This document shows positions 1 to 15,000 of a stretch of DNA of 64,000 nt, in pieces; the stretch's first letter is position 1; every line of letters begins with the position of its first letter. Both the position numbers and the translations under genes were made by a program. Under the pieces are notes generated by a model, which saw only the letters and a program-made list of their open reading frames with translations, was not told where the DNA came from and did no database searches. Origin of the DNA: Lepidodermella squamata (Eukaryota; Animalia; Gastrotricha); assembly GCA_047495785.1 (NCBI GenBank), contig JBLDXI010000003.1, forward strand, positions 806,001 to 870,000, written 5' to 3'.

Positions 1-3000
1 GCTGCAGCGTTGCGTCCGAGGTGTATAAATAGATTAAAATACGCGCTAGAGTGAAGAGGCTCTCGATTTCTTGGCGAATCAGCGCAGGCCGCTGCCGCCC
101 GCCGTAGCCCAGCCGCCACAATTCAATACGCAGCGTAGAATTAGCGTTAAACTTACGCGCCGAACTGTGCGAGGCCATCAGCGAGTCGCAGATTACAAAC
201 AACTCGTTCGCGCCTAGCGACGAGTAGACGAGTTGCGTGTCCAGTTGGAACTGGTCTGGCGGCTCGTTGTCGCGCTGGTTCTTCTCGGCATTCGGCCGCG
301 GGACCAGCATAGATTCGATGGTGCGAACCAGCTCGAGATGCGCAACTGCTCGAACGACGAGCGGCCAGTACCGGTTGTCGTCCTCCGACCAGCAGCGCGG
401 GTCGGTTAGGTCGCCGTTTATCACACTGTCGGGCGACAGTCGGCTGATGCTTGTCGTCCGTCTCGCTCGCGTGATTGCCGATTTGTCGTGCGGCGAGTTG
501 GTTAGGCTCGAGTCGTTCAGCGCGTGCATTGCCTCGTCGACTTTCATGGCGTGCAGCGCAGCGTCTGGCGTTGTTGCGTTGAACATGGCGACAACGCAGC
601 GGCAGACGGCTGTCCATTCGGCTTGCGTGAAATTTGGCCCGTTTTGCAGCACGAGCGATTCAAAGCAGTTGACGCTCGATCGGGCCAGCTGATCGCTGTC
701 TTGCTGGATGCACCAGATGAGTTGCTGCAGCACGTCGTTGAAGACAACGTTGCGCAGGACGGTGAAGTATTCTGTGAATACGTCGATGATGGCGTACAGC
801 GCGTGGTTGCACGTCGTCGACAGCCACTCGAATTTCTAAGAAAAACGAAAAATATGAAAATATAAGCAGGCTTATGTATTCCGTTTCATCTCCACAAATG
901 CTAATCTATATCGGCTTTTTAGCAGAGAATCAGGCCGCCTGCGCCTTGAGCGAGGGCCCTTGTGGCCCATTGTACACTCCTATTTGTCCTATTCGTCCAC
1001 TACACTTCCGCCGAATGCTGTTTTCGGGACTTTCTGGAATCAAGATTCGAAATGATTTGGTGGAATTGGCAGAGCTGCTCCTATCTGCGATCATGTTGCT
1101 GATCACCGGCCTGGCTTTTCTCATCGGCGCCATCGCCGCGGTCAAGGCCTGGTGGGACGGGCGACGAGCGGCGGGGCAGCTCGTTGCTGCGGCTACGTCT
1201 TCGGCCGTTCAAGCGGCAGAAGCAGTTCAGCCTCTTATAATAGCCCCGGTCGAGGCGATTATTGCTGCGCTGCGAGCGACTGCTGGCCACGCAGCCGCAA
1301 TTTGATAATTGCAGAGGCAGCAAAGACTCGATCGCGTACTGAGCCACGTCGAAAGTAATTCAGCGGGCGAAAACTCTCATAGCCCAATATAAACGTGGCG
1401 GGTAACAACTTTCGTATCAGGAATTTTATTCAGTTTTCTAACCTATTACACCTAACATATTTCATCAAAGAAATTTCGAAGCTGAAAAAGCTTGAGGCCC
1501 TGATTAGAAAATTTATTAACGATTCGGCTATTCACGAAGTACCCAACCCGGCGAAACCGGAAGAAGGTCCAGGGAACATCGTATAAGATCTCCGATGTGT
1601 TGCTGAGGGTCCTGACATTTACTCGGTTCGTAAAATGATAGCGCGTAGTGAGGGTCTGCTGTCTAATGACGTTGCAAGCGTTGGCAATCTGACATGTCTC
1701 GACGGCGAAGAACAAATCTTGCTTCATCATCCTGCAGATCGTTCGAAGTTTTTCTCATTCGTCCTGATGACGTAATGGCAACTGCAGCAAGAAGTTCCAT
1801 GATATGTCTTTCATGGACGCAACCTATTCGAGCGTAACCGATTTTACACACTTCTCGGCATCAATATCGATAGTAACAAGTCTTTTTTGGTCAAGAAACA
1901 TTCGGGAACACCTCGAGGTGGTCCGGGACCGCTGCCGTTCACACGTGATGTTCGACAAGGACCACAAATTACAAAACGCTATTTAAGGTGTACTGGTGAT
2001 AATCTGTTACTTTCATGTTTTGCAAGCCGTCATTCGCACTTTAGGTGGTTGAGCACTTTAGGGACATTTACATGTCTCTTGAACTCAATATTCAATTACT
2101 ATATCAGGCAGTTTTGAAACTTGTGCGCTTGCTTTCTAACAGTAATTGTTTGATAGGCTTCTGAAGACATCGATGTTCAGCTGGTATCACAGGACTAATT
2201 GCGACTCCTCGTAGCTTTTCAATCTAACTCTAGACAGAAAGAGATACCAGTCTTGAAGCTGTAGCCAGCTTCAACTGCTATTCAAAACTGTTTTAACTCT
2301 CAGCGCTTTGCTGCCGCAGCAAACTGGTGCCAGCACTGCTTCTGCAATACCTCAATACCTTCTGCAATACAGCCACGGACTACCCTATCGCCTATCGCCG
2401 GAATCGCACTTGCAGCTATCTAACTGCTCAAAACTCAAAACTTTTTTCAAGGAATCTGCCGGTTACTCCGAAGGCTCATTCGCTTCTACCTATCGGTGAC
2501 TAAATTTTGCAAGAAACCTCAAACGAGGCATGCAGAATGATGCTGAAGGCTTACATTTTAAAGTAAATTTTGAAAAATTCACAAATTTCCAGACAATACA
2601 AAATTGTAATTTTTAGGAATTAGATCGTTTTGGTCGGAAATGTAACAATTTTGAAAGATATATCCAAATTATACCTCATGGAAGTCTTCGGACAACTTGA
2701 AAGTATCGAACAGGCGTAGGATGACTTGAAACAAATCGTGCCACCAGTGCGGCAGCAGCATATTGCCATAAGACTTGAGAATCGCGAAAAAGACCGTCAG
2801 CGCACTGAAGTAAAAAAAAAACAAAAAATTAGAATTCACAAAAATCACGGAAAAACTCATTCAAAAAATCACACGAGCTGGTAAAATGTTGAGCGTGCAG
2901 ACAGGTAATGATTACAGTCTCAAATTTTAAATTTATAGCGCGATAGAAGGAAAAGCCAATTGATTGCTTCAATTTCAGTCCGGAATGATGAAAGAAGGCA

Positions 3001-6000
3001 AGGCTTTTCAACGCGATTTTCTATCTAGAAAAAACCGCCACCAGCGCCATAAATGAGATACACAAGTTATAAGTATTAGTTAATTATAGACAATACTATA
3101 AAATTATTCACGTGCCCAGGTGCAAAGCTAATTAGGCCTAGTTATAGACCATTTCATTGAATTGATAAAACGCATCACGGCCACATTATTTTTTGTTTCA
3201 AGAATTAACCTCTCACGAATCAGGTCGAAGTGAAGCTTCGGGTCATCTAAAATTTCACCCGCCGGCGCCGATAGATGAGGTCGAACTGTACGGGGCAAGT
3301 TGTCTCTGTTATACATTCACACACACAAAATGCGACACCCAAAACTTGATTAAAATAACCCAAAATAAATTGAAAATTTCAATCAAACGAACCTTGTTCT
3401 AACGTCGAGTTTGCACCTCGTGATGATGCAAGTCAGCTCGAATAGAATTGGGAACCAGCCTCTGACCCACACGCGGTCTTCCTCGGGTATATTCGCCACT
3501 TCTTCACCGCCGTGTTCGCCGAATATTTTCGGCTTCGAAGCGACGGCATCGGCGCATAGGCGAATCAGCCGAATCGCGTCGAGGGACACGTCTTGAAATT
3601 GCGAACTGCAGGCGAATTCTGATAGGCATTTCACAGCGTCTTGGAAGGCGTCGACAATCGACGATAGGTGCAGTGGAAAGACTTCAACTGTTCGAAAAAA
3701 CAAAAAACAGTACTTATTAGAACTAATGTCAAGTTTAACAGTGTATTTACTACACAACTATAAGACAATCACAATGAAAACAAACAGCAAATTGTGAACT
3801 ATAAGGTTTTTTGCTGCTTTTAGTTGTTACCAGCGAATTAGAAAGCTCTAAATTAAAAGCATAAATTATGGCATAAGAAACATAGATCAATACAATTTAT
3901 ACGACAAATGAGATCCTGCTAGTGCTGAGACTTTTGGCCTAATGCTGCCGTTTTCAAGCAAATTTCCCCTATGTTTATTAAAATATCGTCGAAAATGAGG
4001 CCGCCTCGAAATAACAATAAATTCAAGCTGAGCTCGGACAATTTTCAAGGAAATTTTTGGATTAAATTGAATTAAATTGAATGAAATTTGAAATTGGATT
4101 AAAAAGGTGAATATTTATTAATCTCGGCAAAGCTCATGCCTGCTCAATGCGTGATTGGCTGATATTCGCTCAAGGCCTACGACAAATATATTTTTATTAT
4201 TACTACTCCGTATAGTTCTAAATTAGCGCAAAATTGAAGACTTTAATATTATTTGGTTAGATGATATCGATATTGGCTTTTTTAACTAGACATTAGGATG
4301 TGATATTAGGACCAAAATTTAGGAATTACCTTTAGCTCCAAAATGCATAACTGAAAATTGATAATAAAAATGGTAATAACAAAATTATGTATTTTTTTAT
4401 CAGTTTAATTTCGATTGTTCCCAAAATATTTTGTAAAATTAAACACGATAAACGTTCTACAACAGAACTACAAGCCATTTTACAACAAAAAGCCATTGAA
4501 AATACGAAAAATTGCCGACTGAGACGAATACTACACAACATCTAGGTGTGAAACTTGCCATTATTAGCATCATTTTGATTTTCAGCCGATAATTCAGCTA
4601 TAAACCGTTCTTCAAAATTTCGCCAAATTTCTTGCGTCAAAGCCAAATTTCACAAAAATCAAAGCTTCAACTTTTACCGATAATTCGTTTCGTCGTATCA
4701 AAGGCCATTTCAACTAGTGCCACATCCGAATCAGCAGCCGCGATTTGAAAAACGGCGAAAATATTCTTCCAACCCGATCGAATGTTCTTCGACTGGGACG
4801 CCACCATTTGGTTCATGCACCGAACAACCAAATCACGAATCAACGGGCTACGATTCTTCTTCATAATATGCTCGAAAGGCCGGAGAAATTCCTTTTGAAA
4901 TCGGAAATTCGCCAATTCGCCCTTTTCGATAAACTTCATAGACAACTGGCGCAGGGAATCGACGGCGAATACGCACACGTCTTCGTTAGGCGAGCAGGAG
5001 ACGCGGTTGAAGTGCTCGCTCAACACCTCCCAAATGCGCGACCACTGCAAACGAATACGGCCCATGTTGTAGTAGCTGATTTCGACGATTTTCTGCAGCG
5101 AAAACATCCGCGGATGCTGCGCGCTCAGCAGTTCTTCATTCGACACAGTCACCAGAGCTCGCACGAACTCAACAATCGCATTCCCGTCGAGTTTAACCGA
5201 CCCGGTGAAAATGCGGTCCACTGCCACGACGATTGACTGCGAGGAGGTTTCGCCGAATGCTTCCTGCAGACGCTGCCGTTCGGCCATGTTCGTCGTTCGG
5301 GTGAAGGACATGAGCGCTTCTTGGCCGATTGAGCCGGCGGTTTGGCCGGGCGCGGACTGGCGGTGTGATTGAGGGGTCGAATGGCGGTGCGGCTCGTTCA
5401 TGTTCGGTTTCACGCCGTTTCCGACGAGCTGCGCCAATTCGAGTTGGGAAATGCATCTAGGACGAATGAAATAATTAATAATTATGAAATTTCATATATT
5501 TATGGGATATCGGTTCAATAAATCGAATAAAATGTGAGATTTGTAGCCGCTAAATCTCCTCTTTGATCGAACTATTTATTTTAAATCATTACAGCTATTA
5601 AAACTAAGTCCTTAATATATCGCCACACTCTGATATGATTTCGAAATAAATGACAAAGAGACAAAAAGCTGCCTATTCGGAGATAATTCGGAACAACAAG
5701 GTTGCAACTTGACCACGGCGTTGAACAAGTGCAGCAACCGCATCGACTGTTGCCTCCGCTGAGGCAAGAGACATCTCTGAACTCAACATTCTTTATTACG
5801 GGTCGCTTATAAAATCTCTTCTGAATGAATTCTTCTGTCCAATATATGGCTGAGACGGTCTCGATGTGAATTTAGGGCTCGGTTGCCGTTCAAATTTATG
5901 GTCAAAACAAGTTTTCCAACCGCTAACGTATATACCAAACGATTAGACTACAATTACCACACCTCTTCTAGTAATCAATTTCATTTGTTAAAATTCGGTC

Positions 6001-9000
6001 GGCTCATCATGCGTCTCATGGATGAACATCGTGTCCACTCAACTTTGCCTCAAAATTGAAAGCCTATTTCAAACGAATAGTTTTCTCAAAGCGAATCAGT
6101 TTTTGTTACGAGCTGGGCACAACTGCTAATCGTGCTAGTTTACTGCTGAGTGCGATCGGGGCTTCTCCGCTATGAATTTAATGTGGGATGACAAGCGTTC
6201 AAGCTTCAAGTCCAGGACAGTTGAAGGTAACGATTTAATGATTGATTTGAAATTGATGACTTTCACTTTTCTATACCCAGCAGTACTGATCATCAAATGT
6301 AATGGGCCAGAGCGCGACGACTTCGTCTGCGAAAAATATGTCACTAGTTGGCTCCGCAAGAAACGTCGCAGCGCCATCTCTCAAAATCGAAAGCCTAAGT
6401 TTACCGCGAAAACCCCGAAATTTTTTATCATGCGTTTTATTTGGAAGCGACGAGGTATCCCCAGTTAAAAAATCCTACTTCGCGCACTGGGGACGACTCT
6501 GAGTCAACATGGCACGGACATTAAACACGGAAAAGTCTAAGAGCTTAGGCCGCTACCCCCAATCAATGGTGACCAACTACTGCCTTCGTCATATTATCGG
6601 TTGAGACAAAGAGCGTTGGACATCCTTCGAAAACGGTGGGACGCACGAAAACTATAGTGGAGTCATGCATTTACTCATTTATTTTCAAGTGACGGATTTT
6701 AGCGCAAAACTTGACTTAGAATTCCTAAAGCCTGGGCATCCGGAAGCTGAGAACATCACGATTCAACCCTAGGAGCTATTCACAAGTCGAACGATCCCAC
6801 GGGGTAGGGTTCTCGTAGAAAATATTAAAATTTCGGCTCAAAATCACTGTTTTGTGAAATCGATATTTTTCATGCACAAAAATTCAATTTTTCAAGGAAG
6901 ACTTTAACCTCGTAAAAAATATATTTTAGGAAATTTCGAGAAATTCGCGAAATTAAACTTTAATAATAAACCATCAATACAGGATGATAAGGCTCACCTT
7001 AAAATATCCAGCCACGACCTGCCCAAGTAGTTGCCGTCAGTTTGCGCCACTGAAATCAGCGTTTTAATCGTATCGATATTCTTCGCCTTCATTTCCGACG
7101 CCGGCGCCGAGGCAGTAAGCAGCGTGAATCGACTCAACGCCTGCATGAACGCATCCCGTTCAGTCTCCAGCTGGAAAATACACGCAATTCGAATGGCATA
7201 TCGAATGCCCTCGAGGCAAAACCCGGCAAATTCCTCATCGTCCGAATCTTGCAAGCCGATAGAAAACGCTGCGAGAAACGGCGTCCAAACCACCTTGAAC
7301 ATAGGCCGCACGTGGTCGTAGTGCGATGCGCTCAGAAACGAAGCCTGAACATGCGAAACTGACTCCATGAGCGCCTTCGCTGTATGGGCCATTTGTTCAG
7401 ATTGCGTGTTGAACATTTCTCGCCGTTTCTGCTCCGAGGCTAGCATCATAACTTTAGCAGACGACGTGTTTGTCTTCAACGCGGCAGATGTCGGTTTCAT
7501 TTTAATCTCATTCTCTGAGATTTCGTCGAAAATCGCCGATAAATACTCGCTGGGTAAGTCCTTCGAGTCGTTGATACCGCGATTCATTTTAATATACTGC
7601 TCTTTTGTCATGTGATTTTTGATTTGCGGCGAGTGTAAATCCGTGGTTAGCATGATGATGGAAAACGCGAGGACATAGGCTGTATCAGCACTCGCGAATA
7701 GCCCTTCATCCGGGTTGCAGACGACATAACGCCCGGCGAATTTCTCCATCAATCGATCGATTTTTTGCGCCTCGCCCGGCAGCCGGAAGCCGCCGAGGAA
7801 TTTGCGGAGTGCGGGCACGAATTCCATCCCGGCAAAGTCCATTTGGTCGATGAAGGTGTACATAACGTCGATGCAGAACTTGTCCGGGTCGCCGAGGTAG
7901 TCGCCGAGGGCGGTGCGGTCGAGGCGGTCTTCGCGGTGGAAGAATTCGGCCACTTCTGGCACGGTTGTGCCGACGAATTTGTGCTCTTGGAAGAATTTCA
8001 GGCCTTTGCGCGGGTGTTTTGCGAACAGCTCGAGGCCAGTTTCCATAATTCCCTAAAATAATGAAAAATCACAAGTTTCAAAATAATCAATTTAATCAAA
8101 AAATCAAGGCTAAATCTTACGCTATTTTACGCTAACTTTTTTCCAAATTAAGAAGTTTGATCTCAATTTTCAGAATTTCAGTAAAAACTTTGATTGTCCC
8201 TGTCCGAAAAACGAAATTTCGAGCAATGGCGAAATGATATCCACGCGTATTTCGTTTCGCGAGATGCGCTGGACATCATCCTGTATCAAGTTGAACCGCA
8301 GACCACGCCCGGAACGAGCGCGGAAGAGCGAGCGGCTTACGAAGCTTGGTGCAAACTTAACTGCGAACCAAGGTACGCTATATATAATTCCGTGGATGAA
8401 AAATTGTGCTATTTAGTTAATGATGAATTTGACTCTCGATCTTGTTATCTGGCGCTGTCTGCCGAGTTATCGAAAGCGGACGCGGAGAACCAGGTCGACG
8501 CGCTGGTTGCCTTTCGAAACTGTGCCACGTTTGCTCCCGGCAGCTCGCCCGATGCGCATATTCCGAACTTCCACCGTTCTAAAAGACGATCTGATCGATA
8601 TTGGCCGCTCTACTAGGAACCAGGGCGACCCAAATTAAGTCGCCTTGATGCTACTACGAGGCGTTTTGAATTTACATCACGTGCGAAAATTCTTTTTACT
8701 TGAATGTTCTGTATGTCATTGGTTTAGAGATCGCCCAGAGATCTCCGCGCCTTCTCTTTCTCGACGCTGCCACGCCATCTTACAGAGGCAAATCAAGGGC
8801 TTCTAGAAGAGTCAGAAGAATCAGAATCTGAAGAGGAATCCGAATCAGAAGAAGAGTCGTCCTCAGGGCTTGCTCAGGCTGGTGCCTGAATATCGCATGT
8901 TCGAGAAATCTTGTTTAAAGACAACCCTGAGCCATTTATTGCCAATCTATTTTCTCGTTTCAGGGCGGAGTTCGGCCAGAACGCTGCTGTTGCGACTCCA

Positions 9001-12000
9001 AACGCTGTGCTTGTCGTCGGAGTCTCGCCTGCCGAGACAGTTGTTGCCCGTTGTGGACACGCCGCCACGAGCCACGAGCAACGCTCAACCACCCGAGCAT
9101 CGGTTGGCTTACAAATGTCATATTAAGCGTGGCATTCTTCAGCCAGGTGTCGATTCTGCATTATGGGATCCTAATTACGCAAGGAAAGATTTCAACGAAC
9201 GTTGGCGGCTATTCACCCAAAAGCAGTTGCAGTTGCCGAGGAATATTACGACTCAAAGCTGCAACCCGGGGCGACAGAGCGCTTCAATATTCGGCCTCCT
9301 GAGCTGCTAATATTTGACAACTTGGAACTTTTGCATCGAGTAAACTGCGGAGCAGCCACCCCACCCCGTAAACCCCTCCCGGCGGGTATCACGATAAGGA
9401 ACTTATGCGGAAAATACTTTTTAAATGATTTTCTAATGTTTGATTTCGATTCTCCTCCTTATAATGCCGCGATGGCTGAGACCCTGCAGTTCCTTTCCCG
9501 TGAATTTGACACGGCTGGCTTGGGGGTCTTTCCCGAATTCGACGCGCTCTGTGGATTTGCGAAACATTAGACTTGAGGCAGAATAAGTCGAAAAAACATT
9601 GTTCCACTGCCAGAAGACAATCTGAGGAATAAGACACTCATGCAAGCAATGCACTCAATTCTCGGCTTTGCAGACTTGCTCCTCACTAAGGCCTTGTTTG
9701 AAAAGAAATGCGCCATAGGTCAACCATACAGGAGCTGTTTCCTGACCGGTTTTAGGTGACCCAGGGTTTTTAAAACTAATCTGAAAGGATCCATAGATGC
9801 GGCTTGTACTTTTTCCGAGGGTAGGGCGTCCCGTTCCCCTTGCTAATGGGAACTTGAGGAGGTTGCAGATTTCTGTAAACGCGATACATCGAACTGACTG
9901 AGGCGGCACCGGGCCTACTGGTGCCCCGTTTTACATATTACGTTTTACATATTACGTTTTACTGGATAGGCAAGACAAGGTAGTATTTTATAACTTTTGT
10001 AATTTTGTAACTTATGTAAAGTCCTGATCTTCTTTCTCAGTTTCTCTTAAAAAATAACTCCATTCGCCTTATATGACCTATCTGTGACCTCTTTTAGGCG
10101 ATAATTGCAAGACATTATAAAAATAAATAAATCGAAAAATCCAAACTGACCTTCTGCTGTTTCATATTTTCAAAAGTCTGCGGATTGTCCGCGTTTTTCG
10201 ACTGTTTCGAATCGGTCCCAGCGTGGTTCGCATCCCCACCATCCGTCAACACGTGCTCCGTGCCCAAATTCGACTGCTGGTTCGGATTAACGTACAACTC
10301 CTTCGTCCACTCGACCATGCACTTCAAAATCGAAACGATGCACTCGAGGCCTTTTTTACGCATAGCCCGCTCCTGGTCAGGCTTGCAACCCAGCTCAATC
10401 GCCTGCCGACCCTGGGCTATTTTCGCTAGATCGATAACGAGGCGTTCGAACACATTGGCCAGCGACAAATCGCAGTCGTAGTTGAGAAACAGATCAACAA
10501 CGCACTGCGCATCGGCGCAAATTTTCGTCAACGCATGAATGACCTTCCATTTGTGTTCGAACGACGACGTCGGCGATTCGAGGATGAACAAGAAAATATC
10601 CTTGAAAAACACTTCAATCTGCATTTTCAGATGAACCTTGAAATTTTCGAGGAGTAACAGGAAAATTGCGAGCGACCGCTCGAACACCTCAGGATCGCCT
10701 GAGACGCCGTTTTTCGACAACGCAACGCACAAATATTGGCGGACGGCTGATATGAAAACAGGGCTAGATCGGAAAACCGGCCCGGCGTTTTGAAGTATGG
10801 CGAGCAGCAACTCGAGGGAGAGCAATTTCGACCTCAACTCGTAGTTCGCTGAATCTTGCGCCGATTGGCCGCTGCCACTGGTTGGCGCCAGGGTTTTCAT
10901 CGATAGTTTGCACAGGCTGTGGAAGACCATCAAAGCGTCTTTTTGGTAGATATTCGGGAAAATCGCGTCTGCGGCTTGGCTTGAATCCACTGAGACTGTG
11001 TCGGCGTTTGCGTGATTGCCATTCGCCGTGGATGTGGTCGATTCGGATTTTGCTGCACTGCCGTTTTCGACGGTGGATTCCGAGGCGGTGGGGCTGGTTG
11101 GGGCGGTGACTTGGTCGAGGGCGGATGACACGATTTCCGAGACAATGCTGCTGCATATCGCATCAGACGTCGCTTCAGCAGTTTCACCGCCATTAGACAC
11201 GACTAGAACATATGAAAAATACATAATAAATTCCAAGCTGAAGCAAACTAAATCGCAATTCAATATTCAATGTAAAATTTTGCCATTCAAGAAGCAAAAA
11301 CGAGAAATAACGGCTCTTGGTGTGTGGTTATCGAAACATCTTAATTGGCAACGTCACATTGATCATGTTCGTGGGCTGTCAAAGCAGCGCCTAGATGCTC
11401 TTCATAGGGCTCGGGCTACTATCCCCCCTAAGATCGGTTTGTTGGTTGATAAGGCGTTGATCAGGCCGATGGCCGAGTTCGGCTGCCTGGCCTTCATCAA
11501 CATGCACGAGCGACAAGATCGTCAACTGATTGCTATCGACAAACGTGCCTGAAGAAGGTGCTTGGCTTGCCGCCTTGGATTCATGATGCCGATTATAACA
11601 AATCTCAATCAGATTCTTGGACTGAATCTGAATCTTAGCTACACTCCCCAGTCTGACAACTACTGTGTGTGCCTCCTCTCTGCGTCATGGGTACACTGCC
11701 TCAGACAAGCGCCACTAACTAGATTGCTCGAGCCTTGAAACAGTTAAAAAGACTGGCTTTTCTAGGACAAATAAAAAATTTTTCGTCCTTTCGTTAAGCT
11801 TCTGACCTTTGTCAAAGCTTCAGAATGGTCAATCTATGAGACATTTTCGCTATTGAAGCTTAAAATAAGTCAGAAAAGTCATTATCAAAACCTTTTGAAT
11901 TGGTTCCCAGATCTAAGAAATACAATTTCGAATTTCCAAAATAATCCAGAAAATTCAAGTTTGAAGGTTCATGAAACTTGAATCCCTAACTTCTAACTTG

Positions 12001-15000
12001 AGCTTTAATGGACGGATGGGAATTACTCGTCCACTAGGTACACTTTTTTCAGCGCGAATTCCACGCTGTATCACGAATGCGACCTAAGTAAACTTCTAAA
12101 TCCGGAGTTCAACGAAGCGAATCTGGAACCTCTTCATTCTTGAAATATGTTAAATGTACTGCTGACTTGGAAAAATTCAAGATTTCTGTGGTGAGGCGCC
12201 ATGATTTAACGTATTGTTAATTCCTAATTGCTAAATGTTGAAAGACAAATTGCAAAATAAAACAGTATCAAGTATCAGTAAGTAAGATTAGACGAATTTA
12301 AAGAACGAATGCCAAAATGTATCCAAGAGTTAGATGTTTCACATTTGTCAGTACTTGAGCCTTTGTGAAAAGGTCTAAAACACATGCGAAGAAAGATTCG
12401 ATGCGCAATGGAAACGAAAATCAAGCCAAGTCAACTAAATTATGAGAAGCTCGGAAATCACAACATTTCAAAGCCAAGTCACATTGCTCAAATGAAAAGA
12501 AGTCAGACGCAATATGCTTACTCTCAACATCGTAAATTGAGCCTTACAAATTGCATTTTTCATCAATTTTACAATAAAAATGCGGAATTTCGAGTCGACT
12601 CACTGTCTTCACTTCCGACCTCGGAGAGTGTCCTAGATTCGGACGCGAGGCTGATCGCACTCGACCGTTCAGCCGGGGTCGCAACGTCTTGTTGCGTCTG
12701 AACAACCGCTGACGGGTCGACCTGGCCCTGAGGCAGAGGGGTGCTCGCCAGAGACGTTCCACTGATCGACCGGCCGCCCATATCGCCGGGCGCGTAGTCT
12801 TCCATGCGCCGGAAAATCACGTTCAGCATTTGCGTCAGGGTGGCTCGGGCGGTTTTCTGGTTGACCAAACTGCGACTGGCCATATAGATGTTGTAACAGG
12901 TCCGAACGGCTTCGAGCAGAGTGCGTTCATGGACTTGACACTGATGGGATGTCGCAATGGTCAGCAGGGCTTTTATGACCTATGGGAGAAAAAATATGCA
13001 TTTAAAAGCTTGAGATTTTAAAAATGCTACTTTAGCAAAAAAGTCTGATTGTATTTGCACGAGCTTCACAAGTTTAACAGCCCCTCTAAGCGATTCCTTT
13101 TCTGGTTCTGATTGAAAGTCTTTTTTTCGGTCTTCAGCGTTAGGTCGCATGCTACCAATTGGTAGCCCGGTGTCAAGCCGTAATATTCGACCATTCTGTG
13201 ACAGCTGAAGTAACAATTGGCGAGGTTTTGTGTTTCTTTTACGTTGAAGCTGGTGAGGTTTCTGCCTTGTTTGAGAATTAGAACATCTTGCAGACCGATG
13301 CAATGCTTAATCGCGTGATGCAGTTTTGAAATAAATTGTATTTTTTATGTTCCTTTTTTCAGTCTTTCATGAACCTTTCACGCATCAGATTTAAATGACG
13401 ATGAATACTTCGTTTCGACTGGTCTGACGCGTGCTCAATTCGATGACTTGGAAACAAAGCTGCCATCATACCTTCGAAATTCGTCAAACAGAACTATTCC
13501 GGCAAGCTTCTCGTGAAAATTCGAACAGGAATGAGCCATCGCCTCATGGCCACTATTTTTGGCACGAATGACGATGACGTGAAACGCGCTGTGAGGAAAA
13601 TTCGCCAAGCTTTAATCTCCGATGTTGTGCCCTCTCACTTGGGTGTGGGGTGTGTTTTTTCTAGAGACGATGTGATTCAATTTCACACTCGTCCTCTGGC
13701 GAAGGAGTTATTTTTTGAAGGCACGGAGCGCTTGATTCTTGTCACTGATGGCACTTACAATTATATTCAAAAAAGTGGCAATTACGAGCTGCAACGTCGC
13801 AGTTATCATCTAAATGGCGTCTTGAATTTAGCCGAAGAAACTCGACTGTAATTGAAACTTGGTACAATCGAAAATTTCAATTTCTAAAACACTCCGAAAT
13901 TTTTCAAAACTTCACAATTGAGAACTCTCCATTAGATTGGGCAGTAAGTGCTGCTACGTCTGTTCCCTTGCAACCCATGAGGAGTTTATCGAATGCGGAA
14001 CGATTGAAGATGAACATGACTACGATCATCCAGCGAACGAGATTGCGTCAACGCCAGTGATTAAGATATTTAAAATCTGATGACTTTCAGGTTTCACAGT
14101 CGATCAAACTGCGGCGGCCTGACTCTTTCTCAGAGATAAGGCACTTTTTCAGCATTTCTACGTATCCCGATGTCGCCCGAAAAGCGGCTCAATTCTACAA
14201 AAAGCTTGCACGAGACGTCCCGAACCATCTAATTTCCAGTAATATCTTCAGTCCATTGACGCACTCCCCCAACTCACTACTTTTCTACATTTTTCTTCCC
14301 TTTCTTTCCGTTCAAGTGTTCTTAATATTTTTTCAGCCTTGTTTATTGAAAATTTGAAGATTTCCGAGAAATTTCTCACCTGAAGTTGAACGTCTTCGTC
14401 AGTTTGTGGGCCTTGGAAGCAGCAGCAGATGGTATCGACGAGGCGGTCGATAACGCGGCGTTTCGGATTCGTCGGGTCCGGCCCGTTGCCCGACAAATGG
14501 CCGTAGGCGATGAGTTTTTGAATGCAGTCGAGCGCCGTGACGATGACGCGCGGCGACTTGGTGCCGCACGCCAGCTCGAACGGCACCAGGTACCGCTCGG
14601 CGTCGACTGTGCTCTGAGCGGCGCCGGAGATGCGCGGCGTCGGCACGGGGCTGATATTGGTGCTTGAAAGCTCTTCTTTGCTTATACATTGTTTGATATC
14701 CTCTGAAAAAATGAACATATTATGATAGTAATATACTTATTAATATTTTAAAATATATTATAATACTAATATTTATATATTTTAATATTTTCAATTTCAA
14801 CTAATTAAATTTTCAATTTTTAACGAATTTTTGCAAACTTCATTGAAGAACAATTAATATTTCTCGGCCTAACGTCTAAACAATGTTTCGTCAATTGCCT
14901 ATATTTGAAGACAGATACTATAGGGTCGGATTGCTGCGGAGAACCGGAACATTTTGAGACGCGATTGCCCAGAAAACAGCACGCGACCAAGACTAAACGG

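Noticed and set aside
153-865. Short ORFs in the supplied track (153-617, 237-692, 524-865) and similar ORFs overlapping other exons
   Set aside because: Shadow frames of GC-rich real exons; the true frame here is BIG exon 9.
874-1990. Ala-rich hydrophobic ORF 874-1305 and a possible SWIM-finger remnant near 1800-1860
   Set aside because: No recognisable family; likely TE debris, too weak to call.
7640-7690. Sec7 AFS instead of AYS as brefeldin resistance
   Set aside because: The other sensitivity residues (S, D, M) are retained, and Phe here is, to my recollection, also found in insect Sec71.
9927-9962. 14-bp tandem repeat CGTTTTACATATTA x2.5
   Set aside because: Ordinary slippage duplication.
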